Shown in pieces: positions 54,800-63,649 of a DNA stretch of 64,000 nucleotides. The DNA is taken from NCBI RefSeq assembly GCF_988242995.1, contig NZ_OZ547043.1; one strand, given 5' to 3'. The position numbers and the translations under genes are program-made. The notes below the pieces were generated by a model, which saw nothing but the letters and a program-made list of their open reading frames with translations, was not told where the DNA came from and did not search any database. Numbering within the stretch: position 1 is the first letter of the stretch; every line of letters starts with the position of its first letter.

Positions 54800-56583
54800 T
54801 GGAATATTACGTCATTAACACTGATGAAACATGCTTTATCGGACGAATCGCAAATGTTGATACCGATCGTGCTATTATCATTTCAGAGTCTCCAGAGATC
54901 ATACAAGAACTAACCGTTTTTGACTTGGTTGCTATTGAAGGCAATACCCCCACAGAGTTTCTTGTTGGTATCATTGAAAAAGTAAAACGCTCTATTGGAG
55001 AAATACAAACTATTGATACTGAAGAAAATATTGAAGATGACAGTGAAAAAGATTTCGATAATATCTTCCAAACTTATTCTATCGATCATGATATTCTTCA
55101 AGTAGCTCTTATCGGCACTTTCTGGGAGGTTTACGGGGATAGAAGGAAAATTTTTAAAAGAGGAGCACAATATTTTCCAAAAGTTGAAAAACAAGCATTT
55201 CTTATAAAAAAAGACAGTCTTGAGAAATTAATGTCGGCAGTCGACAATGATACTCCTGATGAGCTAAAACTCATACTAGGCAACTATGGAAATACCAATT
55301 CACGAGCAGTTGCAAATGGGGATAAATTATTTCAGAGACATGCTGCCCTATTGGGGAGTACTGGTTCAGGTAAAAGTTGGACAGTTGCGTCATTACTAGA
55401 ACAAGCCTCAAAATTAAAATACAACAATATTGTACTTTATGATCTTCATGGTGAATACAAAACTTTATCTGATACACATAATAAATCGAACCGCCCGAGC
55501 ATAGCCGATTATTTTAAAATTGCAAGCCCAGGAAATATCGACGATGTAAATAGTATTTATGTACCTCATTGGTTATTAAACAAAGAAGAAATGCTATCAC
55601 TGTTGTTAGATAGAAGCGATAGCAATGCACCTAATCAGGCAGCAAGATTTAGCTACCACGTGAGAGAGCTAAAAAAAGAATACATCACACACAACAGATT
55701 AATACACTTAGAAGATTGTTTGACTGTTGATGCTCCAATACCCTACTCTATCGAGGATCTTATTAGCAGACTGCACGATGATGATCAAGGTATGAAAAAA
55801 GGTACTAATAATAAAGAAATAAAAGGTGATTGGAATGGAAAACTAACAAGATTCATAAGCAGGTTAAGAACAAAAGTAGACGACAAGAGGAACTGTTTTC
55901 TATTCTCAAATAAACCAGAACACAACCAATATGATTGGTTGGAGAAATACGCTTGTAAAATTTTAAAATCAGATAGCACAGATCATGGCATTAAAATAAT
56001 TGATTTTTCTGAAGTTCCTTCAGATATTATGCCTATTGTTATTGGTGTATTGACCAGATTTTTATACAACGTCCAATTTTGGAGATGTGAGACCGAACGA
56101 ACCCCTATAGCATTCGTTTGTGACGAAGCTCATATTTATTTACCCGCTAAGGATACCACTGAGGCTGAAACAAAAATATCCTTATCAATATTCGAGAAAA
56201 TTGCTAAAGAAGGCAGAAAGTACGGAGTATCTTTATTAGTCGTCAGCCAAAGACCTTCTGATGTTAGCAGAACAATACTAAGTCAATGTAATAACATAAT
56301 TTCTCTCAGACTAAGTAATTATAGAGATCAACAGGTAGTTAGTCGGTTAATGCCTGATTCATTGAGTTCATTAACATCCATACTACCAATTCTTGATACT
56401 GGGGAAGCAATAGTTCTTGGCGACTCTGTTCTATTACCAGCTAGAATAAAATTGAATCCACCAACACTCAAGCCCGATAGCGCAACCAGAGCTTTTTGGA
56501 ATGAGTGGGGGGCAATTGAAGCAAAAGAAATCTCTATAGCAAATGCTGTTGAATCACTCAGGAGACAATCTCGTAATCGCTAA
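54799..56583 (+). CDS. HerA/FtsK-type ATPase; cargo gene 2
   Basis: 594-aa ORF. Walker A GSTGSGKS (Lys codon 55372-55374), Walker B FVCDEAH (56122-56133), and KEGRKYGVSLLVVSQRP arginine-finger region typical of HerA. Translationally coupled to the SIR2-like gene. Confidence 0.8.
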   Translation: MEYYVINTDETCFIGRIANVDTDRAIIISESPEIIQELTVFDLVAIEGNTPTEFLVGIIEKVKRSIGEIQTIDTEENIEDDSEKDFDNIFQTYSIDHDILQVALIGTFWEVYGDRRKIFKRGAQYFPKVEKQAFLIKKDSLEKLMSAVDNDTPDELKLILGNYGNTNSRAVANGDKLFQRHAALLGSTGSGKSWTVASLLEQASKLKYNNIVLYDLHGEYKTLSDTHNKSNRPSIADYFKIASPGNIDDVNSIYVPHWLLNKEEMLSLLLDRSDSNAPNQAARFSYHVRELKKEYITHNRLIHLEDCLTVDAPIPYSIEDLISRLHDDDQGMKKGTNNKEIKGDWNGKLTRFISRLRTKVDDKRNCFLFSNKPEHNQYDWLEKYACKILKSDSTDHGIKIIDFSEVPSDIMPIVIGVLTRFLYNVQFWRCETERTPIAFVCDEAHIYLPAKDTTEAETKISLSIFEKIAKEGRKYGVSLLVVSQRPSDVSRTILSQCNNIISLRLSNYRDQQVVSRLMPDSLSSLTSILPILDTGEAIVLGDSVLLPARIKLNPPTLKPDSATRAFWNEWGAIEAKEISIANAVESLRRQSRNR

Positions 56584-56608
56584 TAAAAATATTATCTAGC
56601 AACGCGCA

Positions 56609-56627
56609 GTGCTTTCCCCGCCTCGCC
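56609..56627 (-). other. P2/P4-type cos site (19-nt cohesive end sequence)
   Basis: Window reads GTGCTTTCCCCGCCTCGCC, the exact reverse complement of the P2/P4 cohesive end GGCGAGGCGGGGAAAGCAC as recalled; flanked by GC-rich dyads. Confidence 0.8.
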
Positions 56628-56791
56628 CGCCCGCTTTGCGGGGCGGTTTCAGTGCAGTTGCACTGACACGCTCAGGCCGCGCCGGGAATGGCGCGGTCTG
56701 CAGAAAATGAGGCAGGAAAACGCATGCAAAGCCATGCACCTTATCGATGCATGGCTTTTTTCAGTAAAAACGGGCGGATTTTCGGGGAATT

Positions 56792-57364
56792 TTACACAGA
56801 CTGATGTGATGCCAGTTGCGCACTTTTACGCGAAAAAATCATGTTCTGCGCAGGAGTGAATTTTTCACGGCTGTCATCCACCGAAGCCGCGTCAGGCCTG
56901 AATCCGATGGTCGTTAAAATGTCGCTATCCTGTGCGGAATAATTAATTTTTTCACCCTTCGCAAGCCAGGACTGGAGGGCTTCACGCAGGGCATCTGTGG
57001 CACGCTGTATGGCACAGTTTCGGGCAATGGCCGTCAGCTCACTGTAGCCCATCAGCTCCGGTGCCAGTGCCGCCGCCAGTGCTGTGCCGTGCTGCTGCAT
57101 AAAATCATTCAGCCGGTCGCGGATGCTGATGTGCTGAACGGCTTCATGCGAACGAATATAACGACCGGCGGCCTGATTCACCTGCCATTTTCTGACTTCG
57201 ATAATATTGCGTAATTCGTCCAGGCGACTGACGTTTCTGCCTTCTCCTGACAGAAGCCGCAGGTATTCCTGTTCGGCCGCTGCCAGCTCATTTTTGCGTT
57301 GCAGCCATGCTGCTTTGTTATTCTGACAGGTGTCAAAGGCCTGCTGTAAGGCTGTGCTTTCCAT
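56792..57364 (-). CDS. psu: P4 Psu-like protein (polarity suppression / capsid decoration)
   Basis: 190-aa ORF, the same length as P4 Psu, in the conserved psu-delta-sid order next to cos. Confidence 0.75.
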   Translation of the reverse strand: MESTALQQAFDTCQNNKAAWLQRKNELAAAEQEYLRLLSGEGRNVSRLDELRNIIEVRKWQVNQAAGRYIRSHEAVQHISIRDRLNDFMQQHGTALAAALAPELMGYSELTAIARNCAIQRATDALREALQSWLAKGEKINYSAQDSDILTTIGFRPDAASVDDSREKFTPAQNMIFSRKSAQLASHQSV

Positions 57365-57437
57365 CGTTATCTCTTTCTCATCATGCTGAAGAATAAAAAT
57401 ACGGTGTGCGGCGACGGCCGGTGTTAACCGGCAGCCC

Positions 57438-57938
57438 TCATTCCAGACGCAGCGAATATGATTGTGTTTTTAACCGTACTGGCGGCAGTTCCTGTTTTTC
57501 ATGCAGGCGTTCTGCCAGTTCGTCCGGCGTGACCGGGCGGACAATGAAACGGTTGATGGTCTGAAGCGTTTTAAACACCAGACCACAGCCCGGATCCGTG
57601 CACACATAAAAACGCTCGGTGACTTCCTGAGACAGACGCCGCGATGTTCTTGACAGTGCAAGGCCTTTACATCTCCGACAACAATATCCGGTAACAAGCA
57701 TTCTTTTCGGCCGTTTCATACTGCCGGAGGCTGACGTCAGTGAATCGCGGTATCTCTGTTTGCCTGAAATGTATTCCATTCCTGAATCTTTACAGTCAGA
57801 GAAAAAGCTTTCACTCGCTTCAAATGTCGCAGAGCAATAAATATTCCGGCACTGTGCAATCATTATCTTGGTGCCATCGTCCATGAAATGTGCGCGACGG
57901 GTGTGAGCAACATGTCCACACGACGGGCAGTAAATCAT
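57438..57938 (-). CDS. delta: P4 Delta-like late-gene activator (tandem Ogr-type zinc fingers)
   Basis: 166-aa ORF with two C-x2-C...C-x4-C zinc-finger units (MIYCPSCGHVAH...CRNIYC and YCCRRCKG...CTDPGC). Confidence 0.85.
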   Translation of the reverse strand: MIYCPSCGHVAHTRRAHFMDDGTKIMIAQCRNIYCSATFEASESFFSDCKDSGMEYISGKQRYRDSLTSASGSMKRPKRMLVTGYCCRRCKGLALSRTSRRLSQEVTERFYVCTDPGCGLVFKTLQTINRFIVRPVTPDELAERLHEKQELPPVRLKTQSYSLRLE

Positions 57939-58669
57939 GACAGCAGCCCTCTGGCCTTAAGCTCTGCTCCCTGCTGGTCTATTTTGTCCTGCCACACCTT
58001 GCGCTGTGCCGGTGTGCCTGCCACCTCATAATCCATGTGCGGGAGTGTTGCCGCTGACAGTCCGGCCAGCCGGAGAACCGGCTCGCCGGTGAGGCTGATT
58101 TGCATCTGTTTTATTTTCTGTTCCAGCGATGATTTCACCTGCTGCATGACAGCCTTTTCCGGCGCGACGTAGCCCTGATGGCCGGTGGTGTTGGCGAGCG
58201 GATTTTCCTGTACCAGGATGCTCAGATGCATTGCCCGGACAAGCGCCTCACAGGTTTCATTCAGGGCGTGTTCCAGCTCATGCTCTGCATACAGACTCAG
58301 CAGGTGATGATGTGCCTTCCGGTAGGCGGTGGCCGTGCTGTCACACGCCCCTTTCAGGCGTTCACATTCAAAATTCAGCACCACGGCCAGATTGTCATAT
58401 TCCTGTACCAGCTCCCGGCGTGCCACGCGCTCAATGTGGCGCTGTTTCAGCTCATCGCTCAGGACACCACCGGCTGCACGAAAGGCCGTGCGCCAGTCGT
58501 CAGCGTCGTTTCCGTCGGCCTGCGTCAGCGCATTTTTTTCCTGCTCTGCCCGTTCAATGGCCGTGATGGTCTCATCCATCAGGCGGGCGTTCTCAAGATG
58601 AGCGGCTCTGGCCTTTTCCAGTTGTGCCAGCGCGGGTTGCAGATATTCAGGGATGGTGTTGTCAGACAT
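57935..58669 (-). CDS. sid: P4 Sid-like external scaffold (capsid size determination) protein
   Basis: ORF track gives 266 aa; start trimmed to MSDNTIPEYLQPALAQLEK (244 aa, the P4 Sid length) with RBS; coiled-coil-rich. Confidence 0.75.
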   Translation of the reverse strand: MSDNTIPEYLQPALAQLEKARAAHLENARLMDETITAIERAEQEKNALTQADGNDADDWRTAFRAAGGVLSDELKQRHIERVARRELVQEYDNLAVVLNFECERLKGACDSTATAYRKAHHHLLSLYAEHELEHALNETCEALVRAMHLSILVQENPLANTTGHQGYVAPEKAVMQQVKSSLEQKIKQMQISLTGEPVLRLAGLSAATLPHMDYEVAGTPAQRKVWQDKIDQQGAELKARGLLS

Positions 58670-58703
58670 TTTCCGGCTCCTCGTCACTTCAGGTTGAGAA
58701 AAT

Positions 58704-58759
58704 TGTGACGTACACCGGACAACAACACGACGCATTGCAGATGTGCCAGCCCTGACACA
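58704..58759. promoter_or_regulatory. Two TGT-N12-ACA dyads; candidate Delta/Ogr activator sites for the divergent late promoters (Psid / PLL)
   Basis: TGTgacgtacaccggACA (58704-58721) and TGTgccagccctgacACA (58742-58759) match the P2/P4 late-promoter activator element TGT-N12-ACA. Confidence 0.55.
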
Positions 58760-58838
58760 GGAGACTCATCCTCAGACCGGCAAGCCAGGAAAAGGTCGCA
58801 GGAAAAACCGGCTTACTGTTTGTTTTTTTATATTTTAC

Positions 58839-58942
58839 TGTTCACCTCTGTTCACCTTAAGAAAAAAGATAAGTAATACAGTAAGTTAAAGGATGAACAA
58901 TCGCAGTAATGACTGTTCACCGTCTGTTCACCACTGTTCACC
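58839..58942. repeat. Candidate P4-type replication origin (ori) iteron cluster
   Basis: Five direct copies of TGTTCACC (58839, 58849, 58914, 58925, 58935) plus a degenerate inverted copy; about 4.8 kb from the crr repeats, as in P4. Confidence 0.7.
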
Positions 58943-59221
58943 CGCTCATGGACTTTTTGTGCTGTTTACTACTGTTTGTTTTTATTAATTCGCCGGGAAT
59001 GAATAAGAAGAAACGATTTGTATTTCACTATAAAAATTACGAATTGCTTTAAGTGGCTTTAAATGACTTTAAGTGGAGATGAACAAAAAATACACAAGCA
59101 TTGTAAGGCTGCCGGAACAAATCCCCCCTGTTGCGTCTGCCGAAAATATTCACAAAATAAAGCGCTACCCGAAGCCGGACGGACTTATCCGGTGCTGTAT
59201 GGACATTAACGAGGTAGCCCG

Positions 59222-59488
59222 ATGCAATCTGTTTTTTCTTCCCCGTCTCCCGCCCCAGTGACGCCACTGATGCCGCTGCCGGACATCACGCAGGAGCGTT
59301 TTTTACGTCTGCCGGAAGTGATGCACCTGTGCGGCCTGTCACGCTCGACCATCTATGAACTTATCCGTAAGGGGGAATTTCCGCCGCAGGTGAGTCTTGG
59401 CGGTAAAAATGTGGCCTGGCTGCACTCTGAAGTCACCGCATGGATGGCCGGGCGCATTGCCGGACGCAAACGGGGGTACGACGCATGA
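59222..59488 (+). CDS. vis: AlpA/Vis-family helix-turn-helix regulator
   Basis: 88-aa ORF with AlpA-type HTH ([27 protein letters not shown]), the length of P4 Vis. Confidence 0.75.
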   Translation: MQSVFSSPSPAPVTPLMPLPDITQERFLRLPEVMHLCGLSRSTIYELIRKGEFPPQVSLGGKNVAWLHSEVTAWMAGRIAGRKRGYDA

Positions 59489-60084
59489 TGATGCCCGCTC
59501 TGCAAAAAGTCCCTTTTTCTGGCTTGCCTTTTTCCGGCATTTGCGGATATAGTTTTTCCGCTGCCGCAAAATCGGCAGCCGGGCGTGGAAACCCGAGTAT
59601 GTTATCGGCGACATATGACGCGCCATGCGTCTTTTTTTGTGTCGCAATCAACGCCACAGAGCGCCAGATTATGGTGTGGTGTGTGGTCAGTCGAGCAAAT
59701 GGCACTCCGTGCATTCTGCCCGCGTCCGCTCATTATACCGCAGAGTCAATGGTAGCTCAGGCGGGGCAGCCTCCGCGCTGGCCGGTTTCCGATAACGCCG
59801 GTATTTCCACCCCCGTCTGGGCTATCGCCATCGAGCGTGGAAACTCCGGCGATAGCGTCATTTACGCTGTTATCGGAGGTTGCCTTATGGCTACGACCCT
59901 TATCCCCTCACACCCTGAATTTGTCTTTGTGTTTGCGGCTGTCCGTCGCGCAGACCGTCATCCCCGTATCTGTATGCTTCGCACCGTCGCCGGTGATGAA
60001 CGCAGCGCCCGCCGTTCCCTTGTCCGTGACTATGTGCTCTCCCTTGCTGCCCGTCTGCCGGTGGTGGAGGTGTCCCGTGCGTAA
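59485..60084 (+). CDS. Hypothetical protein, P4 orf199-like (coding status uncertain)
   Basis: 214-aa ORF trimmed to an internal Met to give 199 aa; Ala/Pro-rich and GC-rich, so it could instead overlie the RNA-based immunity locus. Confidence 0.35.
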   Translation: MMMPALQKVPFSGLPFSGICGYSFSAAAKSAAGRGNPSMLSATYDAPCVFFCVAINATERQIMVWCVVSRANGTPCILPASAHYTAESMVAQAGQPPRWPVSDNAGISTPVWAIAIERGNSGDSVIYAVIGGCLMATTLIPSHPEFVFVFAAVRRADRHPRICMLRTVAGDERSARRSLVRDYVLSLAARLPVVEVSRA

Positions 60085-60364
60085 TAAAAAAGCCCCTCAG
60101 ACCGTCTCAGCACGTCATGACGCCCGTGAACACCTCAGCATTGAGGCTTACCATAAGCTCAACCGCGCCAGCGCCGTATCCCAGTTTGTTGGGGGTGATT
60201 TGATTCACCGTGAACTCTCCGGCCTGCATCAGCTCTACATTCCGCATATTTTCAGCTACCTGAATGAAGATATTGATTTTGTGCTGAATGAGCTGAAAGC
60301 CAAAGGCCTGTGCCGCGATTTTCTCGCCCAGCAGAAAGACCGGGGAGACAGGACGCATGTTTGA
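60077..60364 (+). CDS. Hypothetical protein, P4 epsilon-like (possible helper-prophage derepressor)
   Basis: About 95 codons from a putative GTG start within ORF 59837-60364 ([25 protein letters not shown]...); size and position match P4 epsilon. Assignment is by analogy only. Confidence 0.4.
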   Translation: MRNKKAPQTVSARHDAREHLSIEAYHKLNRASAVSQFVGGDLIHRELSGLHQLYIPHIFSYLNEDIDFVLNELKAKGLCRDFLAQQKDRGDRTHV

Positions 60365-60812
60365 TTTTCCCCAGCCCGGTGAGATTTACCGTTCTGCCGG
60401 TTTTCCCGATGTGGCCGTGGTCGGCATTCTGGAAGACGGTATTCCGTGGGAAATGCCGTACCGCTGCCCGGACATTGTCTGGAACCCGTACCGCCGTAAA
60501 TTCAGTATCCTTGTGCGTATCCTCGCTGACGGGCGCACCACAGACATCCCGCTGGGGCGTTTTCTGCGGGAATTTACCTGTGACCGTCCTGACCTGTTTA
60601 AACGCAGCCCCGTAAACCGGCATGCGGTACTGAAAGAAATGGCCGGAGACCCGGAATTACAGAAATGGCGGGAGAAATATCTGGATATTTACCCGCAGGA
60701 CCCTGTTCCGGTCAGCCGGGCGGCACCGGTGGCGCGGGAATGGCGGGAAATTCCCCGCACGGAGCCTGACCCGGAAACCACCCCGGATAACAGTTACCGC
60801 AATTATCTGTAA
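60357..60812 (+). CDS. Hypothetical protein, P4 orf151-like
   Basis: 151-aa ORF whose start overlaps the previous ORF's stop; position upstream of alpha as in P4. Confidence 0.6.
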   Translation: MFDFPQPGEIYRSAGFPDVAVVGILEDGIPWEMPYRCPDIVWNPYRRKFSILVRILADGRTTDIPLGRFLREFTCDRPDLFKRSPVNRHAVLKEMAGDPELQKWREKYLDIYPQDPVPVSRAAPVAREWREIPRTEPDPETTPDNSYRNYL

Positions 60813-60947
60813 TTAAAAAACGACACCCGAAAAATTAAATGTGCGTATTCGCGCAGGGATACGCACGTCTTCAGGAGACGCAGATATGCCTTATCAGTTA
60901 ATGCAACCGGCACGGAATGCAGTCATCTGTCACAGGGAGGAAAACAA

Positions 60948-61268
60948 ATGAAAACACCCTTACCGCCCGTCTTACGCGCTGCCCTTTACCGTCGCGCTGT
61001 CGCCTGTGCCTGGCTGACCGTGTGCGAACGTCAGCACCGCTACCCGCATCTCACCCTTGAGTCACTGGAGGCGGCCATCGCCGCTGAGCTGGAAGGCTTT
61101 TATCTGCGCCAGCACGGTGAGGAAAAAGGGCGTCAGATAGCCTGTGCCCTGCTGGAAGATTTAATGGAATCCGGCCCCCTGAAGGCCGCGCCGTCGCTGT
61201 CCTTTCTCGGGCTGGTTGTGATGGATGAACTCTGTGCCCGTCACATAAAAGCGCCGGTACTGCACTGA
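60948..61268 (+). CDS. Hypothetical protein, P4 orf106-like
   Basis: 106-aa ORF directly upstream of the alpha gene. Confidence 0.55.
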
Positions 61269-61282
61269 AGGAGAACAACACC

Positions 61283-63616
61283 ATGAAAATGAACGTAACC
61301 GCCACCGTCAGCCATGCGCTCGGCCACTGGCCGCGTATTCTCCCGGCGCTGGGGATTCAGGTGCTGAAGAACCATCATCAGCCCTGTCCGGTCTGTGGCG
61401 GGAGTGACCGCTTCCGTTTTGATGACAGGGAGGGGCGCGGCACCTGGTACTGCAATCAGTGTGGTGCCGGTGACGGCCTGAAACTGGTTGAAAAGGTGTT
61501 TGGTGTCTCCCCGTCCGACGCGGCCGCAAAGGTGGCTGCCGTGACCGGCAGTCTGCCCCCGGCTGACCCGGCAGTGACGGCTGCCGCCGTTGCTGAAACA
61601 GACGCTGCCCGGAAGAACGCCGCCGCACTGGTACAAACCCTGATGGCAAAAACCCGTCCCGGAACCGGTAACGCCTACCTGACCCGCAAGGGCTTTCCCG
61701 GCCGGGAATGCCGGATGCTGACCGGCACACACAGAGCCGGTGGCGTGAGCTGGCGCGCCGGTGACCTTGTGGTGCCACTGTATGACGACAGCGGCGAACT
61801 GGTTAACCTTCAGTTAATCAGTGCTGACGGCCGTAAGCGCACCCTGAAAGGCGGACAGGTCAGGGGCACCTGTCACACCCTTGAAGGACAGAATCAGGCC
61901 GGAAAACGTCTGTGGATAGCGGAGGGATACGCGACCGCACTTACCGTGCATCACCTGACCGGTGAAACGGTGATGGTGGCGCTTTCTTCCGTGAATCTCC
62001 TTTCTCTGGCCAGCCTTGCCCGGCAGAAGCATCCGGCCTGTCAGATTGTCCTTGCTGCTGACCGTGACCTCAGCGGTGACGGCCAGAAAAAAGCCGCCGC
62101 AGCCGCAGATGCGTGTGAAGGTGTTGTTGCCCTGCCGCCGGTCTTCGGTGACTGGAATGATGCCTTCACGCAGTACGGCGGGGAAGCCACCCGTAAGGCC
62201 ATTTATGATGCCATCCGGCCACCGGCTGAAAGCCCGTTCGACACCATGAGCGAAGCGGAGTTTTCCGCCATGAGTACCAGCGAAAAGGCCATGCGTATCT
62301 ATGAGCATTACGGCGAGGCGCTCGCGGTCGATGCCAACGGCCAGCTTCTGTCCCGCTATGAAAATGGTGTCTGGAAGGTGCTGCCGCCACAGGACTTTGC
62401 CCGGGATGTGGCCGGGCTGTTTCAGCGTCTGCGAGCGCCGTTCTCCTCCGGGAAGGTGGCCTCCGTGGTGGACACCCTGAAGCTGATTATTCCGCAGCAG
62501 GAAGCCCCCTCCCGCCGCCTGATTGGCTTTCGTAACGGCGTGCTCGACACGCAGAACGGCACGTTCCACCCGCACAGTCCGTCACACTGGATGCGCACCC
62601 TGTGCGATGTGGATTTCACCCCGCCGGTGGACGGTGAAACGCTGGAAACCCACGCCCCCGCCTTCTGGCGCTGGCTTGACCGTGCCGCCGGTGGCCGTGC
62701 GGAAAAACGCGACGTGATTCTGGCTGCACTGTTTATGGTGCTGGCAAACCGCTACGACTGGCAGCTCTTTCTGGAGGTGACCGGTCCCGGCGGCAGCGGC
62801 AAAAGTATCATGGCCGAAATCGCCACCCTGCTGGCCGGGGAGGATAACGCCACGTCGGCCACCATCGAGACGCTGGAATCCCCGCGTGAACGTGCCGCGT
62901 TAACTGGCTTCTCACTGATACGCCTGCCGGATCAGGAAAAATGGAGCGGCGACGGTGCCGGACTCAAGGCCATCACCGGCGGCGATGCGGTGTCCGTTGA
63001 CCCGAAATACCGGGATGCGTACTCCACGCACATCCCGGCGGTGATTCTGGCCGTGAACAATAACCCGATGCGCTTCACCGACCGCAGCGGCGGCGTGTCA
63101 CGCCGGCGGGTGATTATTCACTTCCCGGAACAGATAGCCCCGCAGGAGCGCGACCCGCAGCTTAAGGACAAAATCACCCGCGAGCTGGCGGTCATCGTGC
63201 GTCACCTGATGCAGAAGTTCAGCGACCCGATGCTCGCCCGGTCACTGCTTCAGTCCCAGCAGAACTCAGACGAGGCACTGAACATCAAACGGGATGCCGA
63301 CCCGACGTTTGATTTTATCGGCTATCTGGAAACCCTGCCGCAGACCAGCGGCATGTATATGGGGAACGCCAGTATCATCCCGCGTAATTACCGTAAATAC
63401 CTCTATCACGCCTATCTGGCCTACATGGAGGCAAACGGCTACCGGAATGTACTCAGTCTGAAAATGTTCGGACTGGGGCTGCCGGTGATGCTGAAAGAAT
63501 ACGGGCTGAATTACGAGAAGCGCCATACCAAACAGGGGATACAGACCAACCTGACGCTGAAAGAAGAAAGCTACGGCGACTGGCTGCCAAAATGTGACGA
63601 CCCTGCAACAGCCTGA
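61283..63616 (+). CDS. alpha: P4 alpha-type replication protein (zinc-finger primase - TOPRIM - helicase - ori-binding)
   Basis: 777-aa ORF (P4 alpha length). N-terminal zinc finger CPVCGGSDRFRF...WYCNQCG, TOPRIM-like acidic patch (AADRD), helicase Walker A (TGPGGSGKS). Confidence 0.88.
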   Translation: MKMNVTATVSHALGHWPRILPALGIQVLKNHHQPCPVCGGSDRFRFDDREGRGTWYCNQCGAGDGLKLVEKVFGVSPSDAAAKVAAVTGSLPPADPAVTAAAVAETDAARKNAAALVQTLMAKTRPGTGNAYLTRKGFPGRECRMLTGTHRAGGVSWRAGDLVVPLYDDSGELVNLQLISADGRKRTLKGGQVRGTCHTLEGQNQAGKRLWIAEGYATALTVHHLTGETVMVALSSVNLLSLASLARQKHPACQIVLAADRDLSGDGQKKAAAAADACEGVVALPPVFGDWNDAFTQYGGEATRKAIYDAIRPPAESPFDTMSEAEFSAMSTSEKAMRIYEHYGEALAVDANGQLLSRYENGVWKVLPPQDFARDVAGLFQRLRAPFSSGKVASVVDTLKLIIPQQEAPSRRLIGFRNGVLDTQNGTFHPHSPSHWMRTLCDVDFTPPVDGETLETHAPAFWRWLDRAAGGRAEKRDVILAALFMVLANRYDWQLFLEVTGPGGSGKSIMAEIATLLAGEDNATSATIETLESPRERAALTGFSLIRLPDQEKWSGDGAGLKAITGGDAVSVDPKYRDAYSTHIPAVILAVNNNPMRFTDRSGGVSRRRVIIHFPEQIAPQERDPQLKDKITRELAVIVRHLMQKFSDPMLARSLLQSQQNSDEALNIKRDADPTFDFIGYLETLPQTSGMYMGNASIIPRNYRKYLYHAYLAYMEANGYRNVLSLKMFGLGLPVMLKEYGLNYEKRHTKQGIQTNLTLKEESYGDWLPKCDDPATA

Positions 63617-63649
63617 CCCACCTGACCGGCATCTGCCGGTCTTTTTTTA

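Noticed and set aside
61308-62575. Minus-strand ORFs of 156-253 aa inside the alpha gene
   Set aside because: GC-rich antisense frames within the 777-aa primase-helicase gene; Arg/Gly/Pro-rich low-complexity translations with no start context.
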